From positions 1,053,126 to 1,117,125 of the forward strand of contig CAWFAK010000007.1 of NCBI GenBank assembly GCA_963813715.1: a DNA stretch of 64,000 nt, read 5' to 3'. The first letter of the stretch is position 1, and each line of letters begins with the position of its first letter. The position numbers and the translations under genes were made by a program. The notes beneath the pieces are model-generated. The model was not told where the DNA came from and did not search any database. It saw only the letters and a list, made by a program, of their open reading frames with translations. This DNA comes from an uncultured Planctomycetaceae bacterium (lineage in GTDB: Bacteria; Planctomycetota; Planctomycetia; Planctomycetales; Planctomycetaceae). Shown one piece after another: positions 21,886-34,058 of the stretch.

Positions 21886-23065
21886 TCAAGAGACAAGAGC
21901 GGGCTTTCCGTGCGGTGCACGCACCGATTCGTAGATCGTTTCAAGCCGCGCGGCGGTCGTCGCCCAGTTGAATCGTTCTGACAGCAATTCTTTGCCTGCA
22001 GGAGCCGCGGCCCGCCGCCACTCGGCGTCGTCCAGGCAGGCGCCGAGCGCGGTCGTCACGGAACTCAACTCGGGCTCGCAGTCGCGGCCGACCCCGGCAT
22101 CAACGAGGTCCTTCCACAAGTTGACCCGCCGGCTCAACAGGACGGGCAATCCGCTCTGGACGGCGTCGACGGCCGCCAGCGCGAAGTTCTCCTGGTACGA
22201 GGGAAGAATGAAGAGGTCGCTCGCGGCCATCGCCGCCCATTTGTCGCGGCCATAAAGCACGCCGGTGAAAGTTACGGCACCGTCGAGACCGCGCCGCGAC
22301 ACCTCCTCCCGAATCGATTGGACGTACGCCGGGTCGCCCGGCCCGACCAGGAGCAAATGCGTCTGTGGGCGTTGCCGCCGCACAGCATCGAACGCGGGGA
22401 TCAACAGATCGAGCCCCTTCTTCGAGTGCAGCCGCCCGAGAAACAGCACGACGGTCCGCCCTCCCAGCTCGGCGTGCCGGTTGAGGAACTCGTCGCGCAG
22501 CTCGGCGCGGGCAATCGGGCGGCGACTCGGTTCCCAGCTCGACGATGTGACCCTGTGGCAGTCCGGGGCACGTGATGGCCGCCAGCCGTTCTTCTTCGGG
22601 GTGCGTGTAGCACATACCGCTGGCCCGCCGCAGCAGGGGCCACTCGAGCAGACGTCCATAGCACTGTTTCTTGAGCCAGCCCCGCTTCACCGAATACGGA
22701 TCGAGCATGCCGTGCGGCATCACGAGGAACGGAACCTGCGCCGCGAGGCTGGCACGGGCCGCGGCCAGGCTCGCGAACGTCCACAGCGTGTGCGCATGAA
22801 CGACGTCGCTTTCGCGCACGCCGGAGCGGATCGCCGAGCGGAATTGCGAGCCGAAGCAGTAGCCACCGCGAGTGGGAAAGACTTCGAGTTCGTAGGACCG
22901 CGCTTCGGCCGTCCGCCAACCGTTCTGGCCCTGGCTGAAGAAATCGGTCGTCAACACGCGGACCTGGTGGCCGCGCACCGCCAGCTCGCGGGACAACCGG
23001 TCGACGACGACGGGCGGACCGCCCGCGGCCGGATGCATGTACGGAATGACGTGCGTGATTCTCAT
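21886..23065 (-). CDS. Glycosyltransferase family 4 (apparent frameshift near 22525)
   Basis: AAGGPP, PHGMLD, FLGRLHSKKG and PSYQENF. Confidence 0.9.
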
Positions 23066-24172
23066 GCGTGACCGTTGCCGTTAAAGGTGCTGCGCAACAG
23101 CTCGTCGTATTGGCCGGCGACGGCGCTCGGTGAACAGCGGGTCGCGACGAGCGAGCGCATCGCGTTCCCCTGCTCCGCGGCCAGCTGCGGCGATTCGAGC
23201 AGCCGGACGCAGCGATCGGCCAGCGCGTCGAAATCGTGGCTGCCTAGCACGCTCTCGCTGCCGAGGACCTCGCTCAAACCGCCGTTCAATACCGACGCGA
23301 CCACCGGCACCGCGTGCGAGGCGGCCTCCAGGCATGTGAGCCCCATTGCGTCCCAATCGGAATTGAACTCGAGCACGTCGATCGAGTGATAAAAGTCGGT
23401 CAGGTCGGTCTGCCAGCCCAGCCAGTGAATCCGCGAAGCCACGCCCAGCTCGCCGGCCAGTCGCTCGAGAGCGGCCCGTTCGACCCCGTCGCCGGCAATC
23501 ACAAATTCGGCGTTCGGGCAGCGCGCGGCCACGCGCGAAGCGACTTGCAAGAAGACGTCGAAGCGTTTCCGAGCAATGAGCCAACCCGCGTTGCCGATCA
23601 AGCCGCGACTTGAGCGGCAGACCGAGCCGTTGCCGCGCCGCCTGCTTTTCACCGGGCTCCGGCAGATCGGGCACCGTCAGCGGGTACATGATCGTCCGCG
23701 TCTTGCCGACGAGCGACGGGTAGAGAGCCTCCGCCTCGTGCCGAATGTAGTCGGAACAGAATGTGACGAACTGAAATCGCGAATGAACCATCGCGTACAT
23801 CCGCCGCCACGACCAATCCGGCTTGACCCCCCGGTGGTGGTAATGCACCGAGAGAATCCGATGCCCGCGGCACGCCGGCGCGACGGCCAGCACGCCCGAG
23901 AGGGTCGGCCCGTGCATGATCAGGCTGTCGGCCTGCAGCTTGCGAAACGTGCGCCGCACGCTGAGGTGCGAACGCCAGCCGAAGCGGCCTCGATAGTCGA
24001 GGGCCGTCACCGGGATGTTTTCCGCTTCGAGCTTGGGGACGAACCTGCCGGCCGGATGCATCGAAACGACTTCAGACGAATGCCCATAAGGGCGCAGCGC
24101 CTGCATCAGCCGAAAGGCCCCCTGCTCGGTGCCCCCCAGGTTCGTACACTGCAAAACGTTCAGGACGTGCAT
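23062..24172 (-). CDS. Glycosyltransferase family 4 (apparent frameshift near 23610)
   Basis: NLGGTEQ N-terminus, GWLIARKRF and DAMGLTCLEA. Confidence 0.85.
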
Positions 24173-25381
24173 CAGCGTTCGTTCACAATCGGGCCGATTC
24201 GCGGCGGGCACAGAATTCGTGATCGGGGCAGACCTCGGCGAAGAGACGCACCCAACGCTCGACGATTGCGGAGGGCCGAATCTCTTGCGCAGCTGACGCG
24301 ATGCTTGCGACATTCGCCTCAGCGTGGCGGGCGACTCGAGCACGCGGAACATCGCGTCGGCCAGTGCCGTAGCGTCCCCGGCGGGTACGACGTAACCGTT
24401 TTCATCAGGTCGCACGAGCTCGGCCGCGGCGCCGACCGCGTCCGACGCGACGACCGGCAGCGCGGCCGCGATCGCCTGGTTGATGACCACGCCCCAGCCG
24501 TCGTGCCGCGACGGAAGGACGAACAAGTCGGCCCGGGCAAAGTACGGCGGCAGTTCGGCCACGGGATGAAAACCGGCGAATGTCACCCGCTCGCGCAGCC
24601 GCGGGTCGAGGCGGGCAATCAACGTGTCCTTCAATGGACCAGTCCCGACGAGCGACAACGTGGCGTCCGGCAGCTTATCCGCCACGCGAGCGAATGCCTC
24701 GAGCAGCACGTCGATCCCTTTGCGCTCGATCAGCTGGCCGCAATACAAGATCGATCGCGTGCCCCGCGTGCCTCGGTCGGACGCGTCGATCGCGAAATAG
24801 TCTTCCACTTCACAGCAGTAGGGTGTGTTGTGAATCGGACAGGCAGCGTCGGCACTCTTCGCATAGGCCTGTTGCGCCAACTGACCGATCGCGGCAATCC
24901 CTGCAGGTCCGCGGAGCGCGCGGCCCAGGGCGAACTGCCGCAACGAACCGAGCAGTCGATTGCGACCCCGCACACCGGGACGCTCGGCCCAAAAGATCCA
25001 GGGCAGCCCGCTTTTCCGCAGACGATTCATCACGAGATGGCAGGTGACGCTGGTGTAGCCGGCGACGACAACCACGTCGGGCTTCCAAGAGGCGATCGTC
25101 CGCCACGCGCCCGGATTGATGTGAGTGCGAATGCCGGCGACCTGAAAGCCGCGACCCGGTAAAAAGCTCGCGTAGTCCGGCAGCGACACGCGCCCCCAAT
25201 AGGTGTCGGGCGCGCTTTGCTCCATGTAAAAGACGCGCGGCTCGATCCGCCCATCGGTCCGAATGGCCTCGAAGAGATCCTGCACGTACGGCGACGGCAT
25301 CAACGTCAAAAATGCGGCCCGCAACCGGCGCGGAAAGCCCGCGTCGCGCGATTGACAAACGGCAGTGGCCAGATGCGACAT
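24170..25381 (-). CDS. Glycosyltransferase family 4 (3' end approximate)
   Basis: PSPY, GQLIERKG and PSRHDGWGVVINQA. The provided ORF reads on into the next gene, probably because of an indel near 24250. Confidence 0.85.
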
Positions 25382-25403
25382 GACGGAAGCGTGTGTGTAG
25401 AGA

Positions 25404-26506
25404 CTACCGGGCAGCGGGTGGCAGGCTTAGTGAATCGAGTCTTGCGGGTGCAAGTTCTTGTGACACGGTTGCGACAGGCAGCGCGGACGATTCGGCAGGC
25501 ATCGCGACCGGGCCGCCCGCGCGCGCCTCGCGAATCCGCCGCAGTGTTCCCCGTTGATATTCGCGACGCGTTTTCATCCACCGAGCGAAATCGGGCCGCG
25601 AGATCGACCGCCGTTCGCTCAGAAACCGCGGGAACCACCAGAGCGCGGCGAGCGCTCCACGGGCGGCGACCAGCGGGCGGCGCCGCGCGAGCACCTTCAG
25701 AACGTCCGCGACCAGCAACAGCGGATACCACGCCAGCACGTCCGGCAGCGGCACCCGCAGCAGAAACGCCCCCGGGTGCATCACGATTTGCGCGACGTGG
25801 TAAACGGCTCCGGGGTCGTTCTTCCGGCCGTGCATCACTTGCTCGTGGATCACCGGCACGTGCGGGTAATAGTGGATCTCTTTGCCCAGGCCGAAGAAGC
25901 CCAGGCTCAGCGGCAGCTCTTCGCCGTAGAGGTAGTATTTTTCATAGTAGCCGCCGGCCTGCAGGTAATCGGTGCGGCGAAACATGACTGCGCACGCGAT
26001 GAACGTGTAGGCCGGGCAGATTTCGGTGCCGTCGAATTGCGGGTTGCGCGGCCCCGCTCGTCGAGCTGGCGAAACGCGAGACAGGCCACCTGCGGATTCG
26101 TTTCGAGGTATTCGACGGCTCCGGTCAACCCGGCCGTTTCGGCGAAGCGACTGTCGTCGTCGTGAAAGACGACATACTTTCCGCGGGCCGAGGCGACCAT
26201 CAGATTGCGGACCATGGGCAACGGCAGCGGCGCGAACGTCTTCACGCACTTGACCGTCGGATAGGCCTCCACTAGCCACTGGAAGATTTCATCTGTCGGC
26301 GAATTGTCGACGACGAGAATTTCGACAGGCCGGTACGCCAGCGCGAGCACACTCTCGATCCCCTTGATCAAGAGCTCGCGCCGCATCCAGGCGACGAACG
26401 TGACCGTCACCAAGGGACGTTCAGCGTCCGACGACGCAGGCGTTTCCCGGAGCACATCGGTGTCGCGGGTCAGTGATTCAATGCTTGTGGGAGAAATGAC
26501 AGTCAC
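25404..26506 (-). CDS. Glycosyltransferase family 2 (apparent frameshift near 26050)
   Basis: VVDNS and FHDDD (DxD) in ORF 25907..26506; GGY...YGEE in ORF 25404..26279. Confidence 0.85.
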
Positions 26507-26547
26507 GCTTGGCGTTCAGCAGTTGAAACGAGTCGAGCGAACAAGAG

Positions 26548-27930
26548 TCATCGGCTTACGGGCGGTTCGTAGCGGGTTTGCGCGGTCACTCGGAGCGGTC
26601 GGCGTTGGACCGGGCACGCATAAGTGGGCGCCGCCGTCCGGAGTCCCGCGATGCCGAGCACCTCGGAAATCCGCATCAAGAAGAACAGGGCCATCAGGGC
26701 GTAGAACGTCGAAAAGTTGACCGAGCGGCCGCAAGCGAAAATCGTGGCCACGCCGCCGGCATAAACCAGGAAGGCGGGGAGCGACCTCAAGCCCACCGGC
26801 AGCAGGTCGTCCCAGGCGCGAACGACCACGCCGGCCGCAGCCGGCACGAGCAAAAGCCCTAGGAAGCCGAAGTTCAAGTAGGCCTCGCCTAGGAAGCCGG
26901 GCGAGACCGTGAGCGTCGGCTCGCCGAAGCGGTCGAGCGCCTCGTGCGCCCGAGCCAGCACGAGCCCGGCGTCGGCGACCGGCTTGCCCGGCCAGAGGGC
27001 ACGCGGAATCGGATTGACCAACTGGGTGAAATAGGTCGACCCGTACTCGGGCGACATCCCGTGTTCCTCGGCTTTAATGATGAACAACAATTCGCGATAC
27101 ATCTCGACGCCGACAAAATCGACGTTCATCACCACGCTCGCGTCGAACTTGCCTGCGTTGCGGCCGGCCACCACGGCGGCCGACCAGAAGTATCCGCCGA
27201 CGAGCCCGCAGGGTATGCCAACCACGATCAGCGCCCGTCGCAATCGCGGCGACGCGTTCCAGAAGATGGCGGCCGCCAACGGCAAGGCGATCGGCAGCAC
27301 GATCGACCGCGTTCCGCTGAAGAACGATTTCAAGAACATCCAAAGCACAAACACGGCGCAGAACCAGCGATGCCGCGTCGGCGCCCGCTTCATGAACGCG
27401 AGCGCAATCGCCAGAGGCACAACGGCCGGCAGGAACACCTGCAGCTCGTAAACGATCGTGCTCCACGACCCGTAACGCCCGCGACCGAGCGAGCCCGACC
27501 AGCGGGGCCGCATCCCGGTGAGCCCCTCGAACAGCTCCGCCACATCGAATTGCGTGTACAACAAGATGCTGCCGAAGCCGATCGTCGCACCGGAGGCGAC
27601 CAGCATCCACAACATCCGCGGCTGCTCGAGCATCCGCATTAGTCGTGTGAACGGAGCGAAGAGCGGCACGTGAATTCCGTGAAACGCGGCCAGAAAGGTG
27701 CACGTCGCCAGGACCACGCAGAACATGCCGAAGTCGTACTCGAGCTGCGTAAAGCTGGCGAGATCCTTGGGCAACCGCAACGCTTCGAGCAAGTACCAAT
27801 AGATCACCGAGATCAGCACCGCGGTCCGCGGCGAAAGCAGCCGATACAGCCCACGGCGCAGATCGAAGACGATGCACGCCAGGATGAAGCCGGCAACGAG
27901 GACCGCGGTAAATGTCGATTGGGCGTTCAT
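26548..27930 (-). CDS. wzy: Wzy-like polysaccharide polymerase (multi-TM)
   Basis: About 10-11 TM segments with SGTRS, IPRALWPGKP and GEAYLNFG motifs. Confidence 0.8.
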   Translation of the reverse strand: MNAQSTFTAVLVAGFILACIVFDLRRGLYRLLSPRTAVLISVIYWYLLEALRLPKDLASFTQLEYDFGMFCVVLATCTFLAAFHGIHVPLFAPFTRLMRMLEQPRMLWMLVASGATIGFGSILLYTQFDVAELFEGLTGMRPRWSGSLGRGRYGSWSTIVYELQVFLPAVVPLAIALAFMKRAPTRHRWFCAVFVLWMFLKSFFSGTRSIVLPIALPLAAAIFWNASPRLRRALIVVGIPCGLVGGYFWSAAVVAGRNAGKFDASVVMNVDFVGVEMYRELLFIIKAEEHGMSPEYGSTYFTQLVNPIPRALWPGKPVADAGLVLARAHEALDRFGEPTLTVSPGFLGEAYLNFGFLGLLLVPAAAGVVVRAWDDLLPVGLRSLPAFLVYAGGVATIFACGRSVNFSTFYALMALFFLMRISEVLGIAGLRTAAPTYACPVQRRPLRVTAQTRYEPPVSR

Positions 27931-29213
27931 GCTCGGTTGATGAAACCACCGCGGGCAAAGACCGGAGCGGGCTCGGTTCCGGCCAGCTGCGTGAGAATTT
28001 CGCGGACTCGTTCCGCGTGCACGTCCCACGAGAAGGTGCGGGCTTGCTGAGCGGCGGATACGCCCATTTCCGATGCCCGCTCCCGGTCTGCTCGCAACGC
28101 CTCCAGCCGCTGGGCCAGTCCTTCGACGTCGTCGGGCTCGAGCACGAAGCCGTCGCGTCCTTCCCGCATCAGGTCGGGTCCGGCCGAATGCGTGCTGGCG
28201 ATCACTGGCATCCCGGTCGCCATCGCTTCGGCAATCACCAGCCCGAAACCCTCAAAGACGGAGGGGAGCACGAGGACGTGTGCCGAGTGCATTTCCCGCA
28301 CGATTTCGGACTGGTCGAGCCGGCCGGTCATGCGGACCGTGTCGCGGTAGGCGTTCAGGGGACGCATGTCGGCGGGAAGCGGACCGGCGAGCGTGAGCTC
28401 CACGCCGGTTCCCCGAATTTTCTCGAACGCTTGCAGGAGGTACTTCACGCCCTTGCGCTGGCCTACGCCGCCCACAAACAACACGCGGAACGGACCATCC
28501 GTGGGGCGACGGACAAACGCGAACTGCTCGACGTCGGCGCCGAGCGGCAAGAGCAGGATCCGATCGGACGGGATGCCCACTTGCTCGAGCGAGGTCTTGG
28601 TGAACTGGCTAGCCGCGACGCAATAGTCGGCCGCGTGCGGCTCCTCTTCGAGTCGCTCGCGGTACCAGTCCGGGAAAGCGAAATTCGAGATCGTCGAGGC
28701 CCACTCCGGGTGCCGGATCGATTCCTGCGACAGCAACTCGATCGCCCGCGGCACGTGGGCCGTGGCGAACTCAGCGATCGCGATGATCTCGCGTTTTCTC
28801 GCTGCTTTGAGGCTTTCGAGACAGCTGCCCTGAAAGCCCCAATAGCCGTCGCAATCGCGGACCCAGCGTTTGGCCACCCAGTGATCGAAGAACGCGTCGC
28901 GGTGGAAGACGCAGTTCTCGGCGACTTTTCCCAGTCCGAGCGCACGGCGGGCGATCAGCTCCGGCACCTCGTACCGCCAGCGACGCACAATCTTTTCGTG
29001 CGGCAGGCCGTGCTGCGTCCGTCGACGCAGGGCCCGATCGACACGTCCGATCTTCGACGCCCAGCGATCGGGAAACCGATCGGGTTTGTAGTAGCCACTG
29101 GTAATGAACAAATCGAGCGCGCGGGCGCGTTCGACCGCAAGCGCGTGCCGATACGCGTGCTGCTTGCCTGAATGCGCGACCCGAATCCGAATTTGTCTAC
29201 CCAATTTGATCAT
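27927..29213 (-). CDS. Glycosyltransferase family 4
   Basis: FVGGVGQRKG and PSVFEGFGLVIAEAMATG. Confidence 0.92.
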   Translation of the reverse strand: MIKLGRQIRIRVAHSGKQHAYRHALAVERARALDLFITSGYYKPDRFPDRWASKIGRVDRALRRRTQHGLPHEKIVRRWRYEVPELIARRALGLGKVAENCVFHRDAFFDHWVAKRWVRDCDGYWGFQGSCLESLKAARKREIIAIAEFATAHVPRAIELLSQESIRHPEWASTISNFAFPDWYRERLEEEPHAADYCVAASQFTKTSLEQVGIPSDRILLLPLGADVEQFAFVRRPTDGPFRVLFVGGVGQRKGVKYLLQAFEKIRGTGVELTLAGPLPADMRPLNAYRDTVRMTGRLDQSEIVREMHSAHVLVLPSVFEGFGLVIAEAMATGMPVIASTHSAGPDLMREGRDGFVLEPDDVEGLAQRLEALRADRERASEMGVSAAQQARTFSWDVHAERVREILTQLAGTEPAPVFARGGFINRA

Positions 29214-29246
29214 CTGCTGAACAGCGGACTGCCACGAAGCAAGCGG

Positions 29247-30267
29247 TCACCGACTGCCGTTTCCCGTGCTGGCCGAAATCGCCACCGGCTCCGGCTCGAC
29301 AGGCCGGCTGGCGCGGAGGGCGTCTTCCCGAAGCACCTCGTGCCACGAAAGTGAGCCCAGGCCCCACGCCTCCGCGGGATCGACGCATTTGCGGCGATTG
29401 AGTCCGACGGCAATTTTTACCGACTCGCGCCTAACCGATTTCCGCTCCCGCACGGCCCGCGGCAAATGCCACAAGAACTCCCCCCAAACGCGTGGCTCCG
29501 TCAGCAGCCACCCGCTGCGCGCGGCGTAACGCGCCTGCCCGGCGAGCTTGCCCAAGAGTGCGGGAACGACCCACGGTCCCGGATAGCGCATCACGACGCT
29601 GATGGCTTCGTTGCGGGCGTGGCGTTGGTGCACGCGCCGCTCGTTGCGGTTGAGCGAAGAAAACTCGTGATAGACAATGATTTCGTTCCACTGGACGACG
29701 CGGCAGCCCGAGTCCCAGGCACGCAGCGCGAGATCGGGCTCCTCGTAACCGTGGAAATAAATCTCCGGCAGCAGCCCGGTCTTTTCGAGCATCGAGCGGC
29801 GGATTGCCGCGCCGCAGCACGCGAACGAGCTGCAATGCCATTCCCCGGAGACTTGTCCTGCGGGGGCCAGCGTCGCCGGGTTTTCGGGACCGATCACCTG
29901 GAACGAAATGATGCCGATATCCGGCTCGCCGTCCATCCGCGCGACAATCCGCGCAGGCATCGTTTTCGATAAAGCGGCTGTCGTCGTCGAGGCAGACAAT
30001 GTAACGGCCCCGCGCCCGCCGCAAAATGTCGTTCCGCGAGGCGATCGACCCCTTGTTCACCGCGTTGCGAACAATGGCCACCTCGGGGAATTGTTGGCAA
30101 ACGACCTCGTAGGTGCCGTCGGTGGAGGTGTCGTCGACAACCAGCACTTCCGTGTCGATTCCCGTCAGCGTCCGGCAACTCTCGAGCGTCTTGACCAGTT
30201 CGCTCACCCGGTTGCGGGTCGTGATCATGATGCTGACATCGAGCGGGCGATCCGGCGTGGTCGTCAT
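29247..30267 (-). CDS. Glycosyltransferase family 2 (apparent frameshift near 29960)
   Basis: [17 protein letters not shown] and CLDDD; downstream frame has [10 protein letters not shown]. Confidence 0.85.
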
Positions 30268-30816
30268 TGGCGGTACCCCACCACGCGTGCGGGCACGCCC
30301 ACGACGACCGCCCCCGCGGGTGAATCGGCCGTGACCACGGCGCCCGCGCCGATCACCGCTCCGTCCCCCACCGTCACGCCCTTCAGCACGATGGCTCCCG
30401 CGCCGATCCACACGTCGTTGCCGATGCGCCGTTTTCGCAGACGTCAATGGTTGCGATCCCACGCTCTGCCCGGCCTGCGTGCCATGGTCATGGTCGGTGA
30501 TGTAGCAGGAAGGTCCAATCATGCAGCGCTGGCCCACAACGATCGAGTCCGATGCGTCGAGCATCGTGAAGCGGTTGATGTATGTGCCCGCGCCGATGCG
30601 GATCCGCGGCTCCGCGCGACGCTCACCCGACGTGAGCAGCACAACGTGGTTGTCCAAAGCCGCTTCATCTTCGAGGACCACGTCCCAGGGGTTGCGGGGG
30701 ACTTCGATCGCCTGAATCCAACAGCCGCGTCCGACGCGCACTCCGCGAAAGCGAAGCCACTGGCGACGAAGACGACGACGAACTCCGCACCATGCCTGAT
30801 AAAATCGCTCGATCAT
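30264..30816 (-). CDS. Hexapeptide-repeat acyltransferase (apparent frameshift near 30430)
   Basis: [10 protein letters not shown] and [13 protein letters not shown]; next frame has [16 protein letters not shown]...GVPAR. Confidence 0.85.
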
Positions 30817-31831
30817 CGCAACCCGGGAGCCGCCACTCGACCGACCGTCTGACGCCAGGCAGCCCACACCGGGAAGCCCAGCAGAAATTTCCATTTGGCC
30901 AGGCGGACGTTCCAGGGGAGCAACGTCCGATAGAGCCGCCACGCGGCGGCGAACTGTCGTTCGCGCAACAGGGTGAACGCCACGGGTCGCGGCGTGGCGG
31001 GAGATAATCCGCCGCCGCTCGACTGCACGCTCGCGCCCTCCGGGGTAGCAATCCCGGCACTCGTTGGCGATCAGTGCCTGGGCCGCGTGAAAGCCGTACT
31101 CCCATTTCCGCGTGACCTGGTCCGCCGCGCCATCGCGGTAGCCGAAGGTCGGAGGGCTAACCACCTGCACGAAGCCGCGTGCCGTTCCCAGAGCCATGGT
31201 AAGGTCCGAGTCCTCGCCTTCTCGCATCGACGATTTGAACCCACCGCACGCTGCTCAGCGCATCGCGGCGGACGACGAACGACAACGCGCCGAACCAGCG
31301 CCACGCGTCCCCGCTGCTGTAATAGTCGTCGAACGGCAACGTACTGACCGGCCCACGCGAAACCGACTGCAACTCGCCCGCTGTTCGGAACACCTTGGGC
31401 CGTCCGGCAATGAAAGCCGGCCGGCCGTATTGCGCGATGACTTCGCGATAAGCGGTTAATGTCCAGGGAAGCCAAACGTCGTCGCTATCGAGAAACGCCA
31501 CATAGTCGCCCTGCGCGTTGCGGACGCCGTTGTTGCGGGCTTCGGCCGGCCCGGCGTTGGCCTGACGCAGGAAAATGAGTCGTCCGGCATATTCGGCCGC
31601 GACGCCGGACAAATCCTCTTTGGAGCCGTCGTCCACCACGATGACCTCGAAATCTCGGTCCTCCTGGCGAAAGACCGACTCGAGCGTTTCCCGCAACAGG
31701 TCGGCGCGGTTGTACGTGGGAATCACGATCGAAAATGAGGGCGGCTGAGACACGATTCGGCGATGTTTCAACGTTGTGTGGGAAGGCGGGGCGCTGGCGG
31801 GCAGTGTTCGGTTAGTCGAGGGGTACGACAA
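30813..31831 (-). CDS. Glycosyltransferase family 2 (apparent frameshifts about 31250 and 31130)
   Basis: SIVIPTYNR, VVDDGS and FLDSDD; continuation contains EDSDL. Confidence 0.85.
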
Positions 31832-32693
31832 AATCGTCGAGCGTCAGTTGATCGTGCTCGGCCGGACAAAAGGCCAGCGGTTTCTTTCCGTAAAAGCAGG
31901 CCCAGCGACTGAACGTGCTCGGCACCGCCAGCACCAGGTCGCACTGCGCGAGCAGGTACATGTCCTCGACCAGGTTGCCGTCGGCGAGCATCCAGTTCAG
32001 CCCCTCAAAGTGCCGCGGATCCTGAGGGACGTGCGACGTGATGACAAAACACGGCTGGCGCGGCCGCAGCAGGTCGACGAGCCGCCGCATGACGGCCGCG
32101 TATGTTTCGGTCGGGCGAAAGAACTCTCCGTTCTGATAGGTCGCGTAATCGCCCTGGCGGATGTGAACGCCGACGACGCATTCGCCTCGGGCCCGCGCGG
32201 CGGCGATTTTCTGCTCGACGTTGGCCTGGATCGATTCGACCGGCCGGAAGTAGTGCCGGATGGCGTCAGCGTGCTTGTGGAACAACTCGTAGTTGCGAAA
32301 CTGCCAGCCCAACAGAAAGCAAACGGACGTGTCCTGAATTTTGTCCAAGTGATCGGGCTGGCTGAGATCCAAGTCCTCGGCCGCATTATACGGCCAACTG
32401 ACGAAAGTGCGGGTGATGCGGTTGTCGACGTGCAGACGGCGGAGGGCTCGCGCCGTCACGTTGCTGACGCGGAAGGCGTACTCGCGCACCTGCGGAATCG
32501 AAAGCCGTCGTTGCCGCTCGGGAAACGTGCAGCACGCGGACGATACCGTTCCCATGAAGTATTGAGCATAGTCGGCAAACGCGATGTTCAGCAGCCGAAA
32601 CCGGTGCTCGGCCGCCAACGCAACCAGGTGACCGCCAAGCACCAGTCGATTGCCGAGTTGTCCGCATTTGCTGGCGACAATGAGCGTGGTCAT
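31812..32693 (-). CDS. Alpha-1,2-fucosyltransferase family (GT11)
   Basis: GQLGNR, VGVHIRQGDY and STFSRWA are GT11 motifs. gmd and fcl lie in the same locus. Confidence 0.82.
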   Translation of the reverse strand: MTTLIVASKCGQLGNRLVLGGHLVALAAEHRFRLLNIAFADYAQYFMGTVSSACCTFPERQRRLSIPQVREYAFRVSNVTARALRRLHVDNRITRTFVSWPYNAAEDLDLSQPDHLDKIQDTSVCFLLGWQFRNYELFHKHADAIRHYFRPVESIQANVEQKIAAARARGECVVGVHIRQGDYATYQNGEFFRPTETYAAVMRRLVDLLRPRQPCFVITSHVPQDPRHFEGLNWMLADGNLVEDMYLLAQCDLVLAVPSTFSRWACFYGKKPLAFCPAEHDQLTLDDFVVPLD

Positions 32694-32863
32694 TGAATTC
32701 GAGGCAGCGTGACGAACTTAAAAACAAAGACGCGGGCCACAACCTTCGGCAAGGACCTGTTCTTCGAACTTACCATCGCAGGAGACGGCCCGTCTGGTCC
32801 TTTATGGATTTCGATTCTGCAATCCGTGTGATTGACGACATTGAGACATCGTGCGTCGGCGCG

Positions 32864-34058
32864 TCAGCGACGCGGAGCATCCCCGCCGATCGAAAGTCCG
32901 TTCGGATTGGCCCGGGGCGACTGGGTGGCCCTCGACTCGAGGACGGTCAGCGCCGCCAAGCGGCCGCTAGTCGGCAATCGATCGGAAAGGAAGCCGCCGC
33001 ACCACCGTACCCACGTCCGCAACAGATAGACGATGCCCATGAGTCCGCCGATTCCGACAATGATTTCATCAAGCGAATTCCCGACGAGGCCACTCCCCAG
33101 CAGGGTTCCGGTCAGTCCGCACGCGCAGGCCGCGACGAAAGCGGCCAGCGCGCCTTTTCGTGACAGGGGCCGCACTCCGAGGGACGCCAGCAAGGGCAAG
33201 TCGGTGTAACGCACGAAGGCCCCGTACGCGATGACATTCACGCGAAACGGGATGTCGAAGAGCAGCATCACGCCGACGTGAAAAATCGTCACCAACGCCA
33301 AGACCAGGCAAAACGAACGACGCCGGAGCGCGGCCGGCAGCACGGCGAGCTCGAGCGCGACCGTCGCCCAATCGGCCCCCTTCCAGAACCAGGCGGATTG
33401 AATCGGGCAGCGCCAGCTTCGCACCCCAGGTTTCACGGCCCGTCACCAGGTAGTTGGTAGCGAGGTGCCCGTAGGTGCATTTTAAGTCCGGGTTGAGCCA
33501 GCCGGTGGTGGCCTTTGCCCAACCGCTGGTGAAGAGGGCAAACCCGACGAGCAGCGCGAAGAGCGCGACGGGCCACGCGTCGGCCTCGGTCCCCCTCGCC
33601 TCCGATGTGTCCGTGGTCGACCGACGCGTGGCGTCGACCGACAGTGCTCGTCCCCAACCGGCAAAGCCCAACACCAACGGAGCCACGACCAGCAGAATGT
33701 CGTGGTCGATCTTGCCGAGCGAATACCGCCAAGAGTCGAGAGCCAACAGCGTTAGCCCCGTTCCGACCGATGCCAGAGTCGTGCGCCACCCCACGAAGAG
33801 CAGCGCAGCAAACAGCGTGAGCAGCAGATTGATCCCCAGGATCACTCCGCTCGGCGGCACGTTTGTGAACAGGGCTGCCGGTCCGATCGGCGGATTGAAA
33901 AAGGCCCGTGGCGCAGAGGGGATCCACACCGCGACCGGAACCACGGCAACGAGGACGAAGGCCGCGTACAACATGCGATAAATGGCCAGGTCGCGTGCGG
34001 AGAGCGCATAGCTTTCGATCAGGCGCCGTTCGGACCTCCGCAGGAAGTTGCCGATCAC
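32864..34058 (-). CDS. HTTM/VKGC-like integral membrane protein (apparent frameshift near 33410)
   Basis: Multi-TM protein with YSLGKIDH, TSGWAK, LELAV and FHVGV...IPF. Confidence 0.65.

Noticed and set aside
23081..25381. 766-aa double GT4 fusion
   Set aside because: The junction text is non-protein-like and a TGA/ATG overlap exists at about 24170-24174. Two genes joined by an indel is the better reading.
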